From: Gemmatimonadota bacterium
GTDB lineage: Bacteria > Gemmatimonadota > Gemmatimonadetes > Longimicrobiales > Gaopeijiaceae
Assembly (NCBI GenBank): GCA_034521595.1
Contig: JAXHMG010000003.1
Coordinates: forward strand, 1,248,001 to 1,312,000
Direction of reading: 5' to 3'
Length of the DNA: 64,000 nt
This document shows, in pieces, positions 61,849 through 64,000 of the stretch; position 1 is the stretch's first letter; each line of letters opens with the position of its first letter. The notes beneath the pieces were generated by a model. That model did not search any database. It was not told the DNA's origin and was given only the letters and a program-made list of their open reading frames with translations. Made by a program: the position numbers and the translations under genes.

Positions 61849-62117
61849 GGCCGCATTCGCGGCACTTCAATCGGGGCGCCCGGATGGAGCTCCGGTCGCC
61901 TCCCGGCGATCCTCGCTCGTCTCGGCGAATACCGACTGGCCCGCTGCCGCGGGGCTACCCGCTCGGCGCCTCGGCTCGAACCTCCGGTTCTCATCCGGTC
62001 CGCAACATCATTCTGGCCGCATTCGCGGCTTGCCTAGTCGGGGCGCCCGGATGAGAGATCCGGTCGCAACACCGTAACTGGCCGCATGCGCGGCTTACCT
62101 AGTCGGGGCGCCCGGAT
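61849..62117 (-). repeat. Three copies of the tRNA-Pro 3' end plus downstream hairpin
   Basis: TCGGGGCGCCCGGAT at 61871, 62038 and 62103, each preceded on + by GGCCGCAT(T/G)CGCGGC. Confidence 0.88.
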
Positions 62118-62177
62118 TCGAACCGGGGACCCCCTGCTCCCAAAGCAGGTGCGCTACCGGACTGCGCCACGCCCCCG
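62103..62177 (-). tRNA. tRNA-Pro(TGG), CCA not encoded, one extra G in the 5' acceptor strand
   Basis: Anticodon loop TTTGGGA, T-loop GTTCGAATC, 3' CGCCCCGA. Confidence 0.92.
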
Positions 62178-62506
62178 AAACCCCCCTGTGACAACCACTT
62201 AGCATTTTCGCTATATGAGGTGATTTTGCAAACTGTGTCAAAAACTGTTGCAAACCTCATTCGCCGGTCACCGTACCGACCGACGAGGACAGGGCTCTTC
62301 GGGACCCGCTGAGCACGGATCCGAAGGCGCCCTGCACCGCCCAGCCTGCAGGCTGACCGACGCGAGCAACATTCGTCTCTCGGAGCCTTCGGGTCAACTC
62401 GATCGGGAGGCGCAGGCAAGGCCGGTGGGGGTAGCTCTGCGGCCATGCCGGCCGAAGAGAGGGCCGACGTCCGTAGCGGGAATAACGGTGCATGAACCGG
62501 TCTGGA

Positions 62507-62538
62507 CAAAAAAATCCCCCGGGTCGCAACCCGAGGGA
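62507..62538 (-). terminator. Intrinsic terminator-like hairpin
   Basis: TCCCTCGGGT-TGCG-ACCCGGGGGA followed by T7. Confidence 0.65.
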
Positions 62539-63142
62539 GGCCAGGGAGCCCGCGGACCCCACTGGGGATGATCACAACCAAGTTGTTGAATTCAGGCCCA
62601 GGATGCCAATCTCCACAACGAGTCGGGGGTTCACGATACGTCTACCGGTCCTCGGGCGTCCATGCCATTTCCGGTCAGCATCCCGAGACAGTTCTCGGCA
62701 CAGTTCCTCGCCCTCTTCGATGTTGGATGGGCAGCCCGCCCTGTTGTCGATCACCGGCGCCGGGATAGAGGCCGACCCTGGCCTGGACCTGCCCGCGGAC
62801 CATCTCGAATCGAACCCGAGCACTCTGACCTTCCCGGAAACCGAGTCCATCGTAGCCAACGATGTTCGTCGGTGCGGTCCGGCCGCGGATACTCCTTCAT
62901 CCATCACGGCGACCGGTCCGCACCACGGACAGACCCACGTCGAGTTGGGTCCGCCATCGATCTGTCCCCACCGACCGTACGGATACGTCTGCAACGTTTC
63001 GAGCAGCGCTCCGTCAGCTGTGTATCACCGCGCACCCGCCACGAGTAGAAGGCGTTGGAGAACTTACCCGGACCGTCGCCGCGAACACCCGACGGAGTTG
63101 GTACGGCGCGGCCCCGATCTTGTTTCCTGTTCACACGAGTAG

Positions 63143-63352
63143 CTAGGAGGCTCGCTTCCCTTCCCGGACGGAATCGGCCAGGAGCCGCAACGCTTCATTA
63201 ACAGCATCGCCGTCCTTGAATACTTCGGCTACATCGGGCGCGAGTACGATGACATTGCTTCCTTGGGCAAACCGCTCCGCATACTTGCCACGGACCGCAT
63301 CTGTGAAATCATACTCTTCGCGCATCTCGTCCGGGCCTTCACTCTTGCTCAT
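63143..63352 (-). CDS. Putative antitoxin partner of BrnT
   Basis: EYDF...RGKYA...L.PDVAEVF....VNEALR; overlaps the brnT end. Confidence 0.8.
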   Translation of the reverse strand: MSKSEGPDEMREEYDFTDAVRGKYAERFAQGSNVIVLAPDVAEVFKDGDAVNEALRLLADSVREGKRAS

Positions 63353-63614
63353 AGGCATTGCGCTCGGCGGCTGTGGCCGAGCGGGCGCTGATGATTCGAA
63401 TCGTCTCACCGTCCTCGGAGTGCGCCACGACAACGAGTCGGTTCCGGTACGATACACCGACGAGGATGAATCGCTCTTCTCTCACAGAATGCTCTGGATC
63501 GGGGATCGTCAAGGAGAGCGGATCGCCGAACGCCGTCGCCGCCTCCTCGAAGTCGATGCCATGCTTCCTCCGGTTCGACTCGGCTTTGGCCGGGTCCCAC
63601 TCGAATTGGAGCAT
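63339..63614 (-). CDS. brnT: BrnT-family ribonuclease toxin
   Basis: FEWDPAKAESNRRKHGIDFEEA, HS..EER, IRIISAR.AT..ER..YE. Confidence 0.92.
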   Translation of the reverse strand: MLQFEWDPAKAESNRRKHGIDFEEAATAFGDPLSLTIPDPEHSVREERFILVGVSYRNRLVVVAHSEDGETIRIISARSATAAERNAYEQE

Positions 63615-63857
63615 CAGACTCCTGGTCGAAACGGACGAGGGTAGCTGCGCTCCCTAACTCTGATTCGACCGACCCGCGTAAAGCTATCGGACGGCCGCTC
63701 ATGCCTGAATATCGGCCCCTCGCATCCTCCGTACGGAAATCGAGTGATCTCAAGTCCACCGTCGCCACTAGGTCGACCTTGCAGCCCCCCACAACCGCTC
63801 CACGGCGAGGCACCTGCGCCTGAGAGCCGGGCGGCTACGAGCACGCCTGCCCTCCGG

Positions 63858-64000
63858 TCAGTCGGGCGAAAGGGTGTAGGTGCCCTGGAAGTCCAAGTAG
63901 AAGCCCACTCCAGAGGCCATGTGGTTCCGGCCCGTGTGCGTGCCCTCTCCATCGATCCCCTCGAAACGCCCTGACCCGTCAATGTACTCGAATTCTCCCT
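63858..64000 (-). CDS. 3' end of a hypothetical beta-barrel protein (starts beyond the window)
   Basis: Manual translation GEFEYIDGSGRFEGIDGEGTHTGRNHMASGVGFYLDFQGTYTLSPD*. Confidence 0.55.
   Translation of the reverse strand, partial: GEFEYIDGSGRFEGIDGEGTHTGRNHMASGVGFYLDFQGTYTLSPD

Noticed and set aside
61849-62117. CRISPR array
   Set aside because: Repeats are tRNA 3' ends with irregular, partly homologous spacers; no cas genes.
62507-62581. ilv-type attenuator (LVVIIP codons before a terminator)
   Set aside because: No good start or RBS, no stop before the hairpin, and no amino-acid biosynthesis gene downstream.

Overview
High-GC bacterial chromosomal window. Gene content and style (SusC/SusD pair, PorV-like barrel, many lipoproteins) suggest Gemmatimonadota, which is an inference to confirm from the 16S. 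Left to right: (1) a minus-strand housekeeping run era-porV-like-hyp-rnr-GGDEF-Zn-ribbon-prfB-lysS, with a +1 programmed frameshift in prfB; (2) a complete rRNA operon (16S-23S-5S, no spacer tRNAs) whose 5S 3' end and terminator are duplicated; (3) tRNA-His, pilT, tRNA-Arg; (4) a quinohemoprotein amine dehydrogenase cluster (qhpA-D-C-B) lacking qhpE/F/G, co-oriented with a SusC/SusD pair and flanked by two PQQ-type sugar dehydrogenases, an aldo-keto reductase and a secreted GlcG/HbpS protein; (5) a trehalose/alpha-glucan cluster (glk, GH15, GH65, beta-PGM, otsB, treY, GH57) with no otsA or treZ; (6) an orphan infC with an ATC start; (7) a run of lipoproteins; (8) a decayed accessory zone around tRNA-Pro with several deletion-riddled pseudogenes, an IS3-family end, two toxin-antitoxin modules and repeated tRNA 3' ends. 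The best candidates for an undescribed system are the SusCD-coupled QHNDH locus and a possible OtsA-independent Glk/beta-PGM/GH65/OtsB trehalose route. All family calls come from motif recognition by eye; no searches were run.
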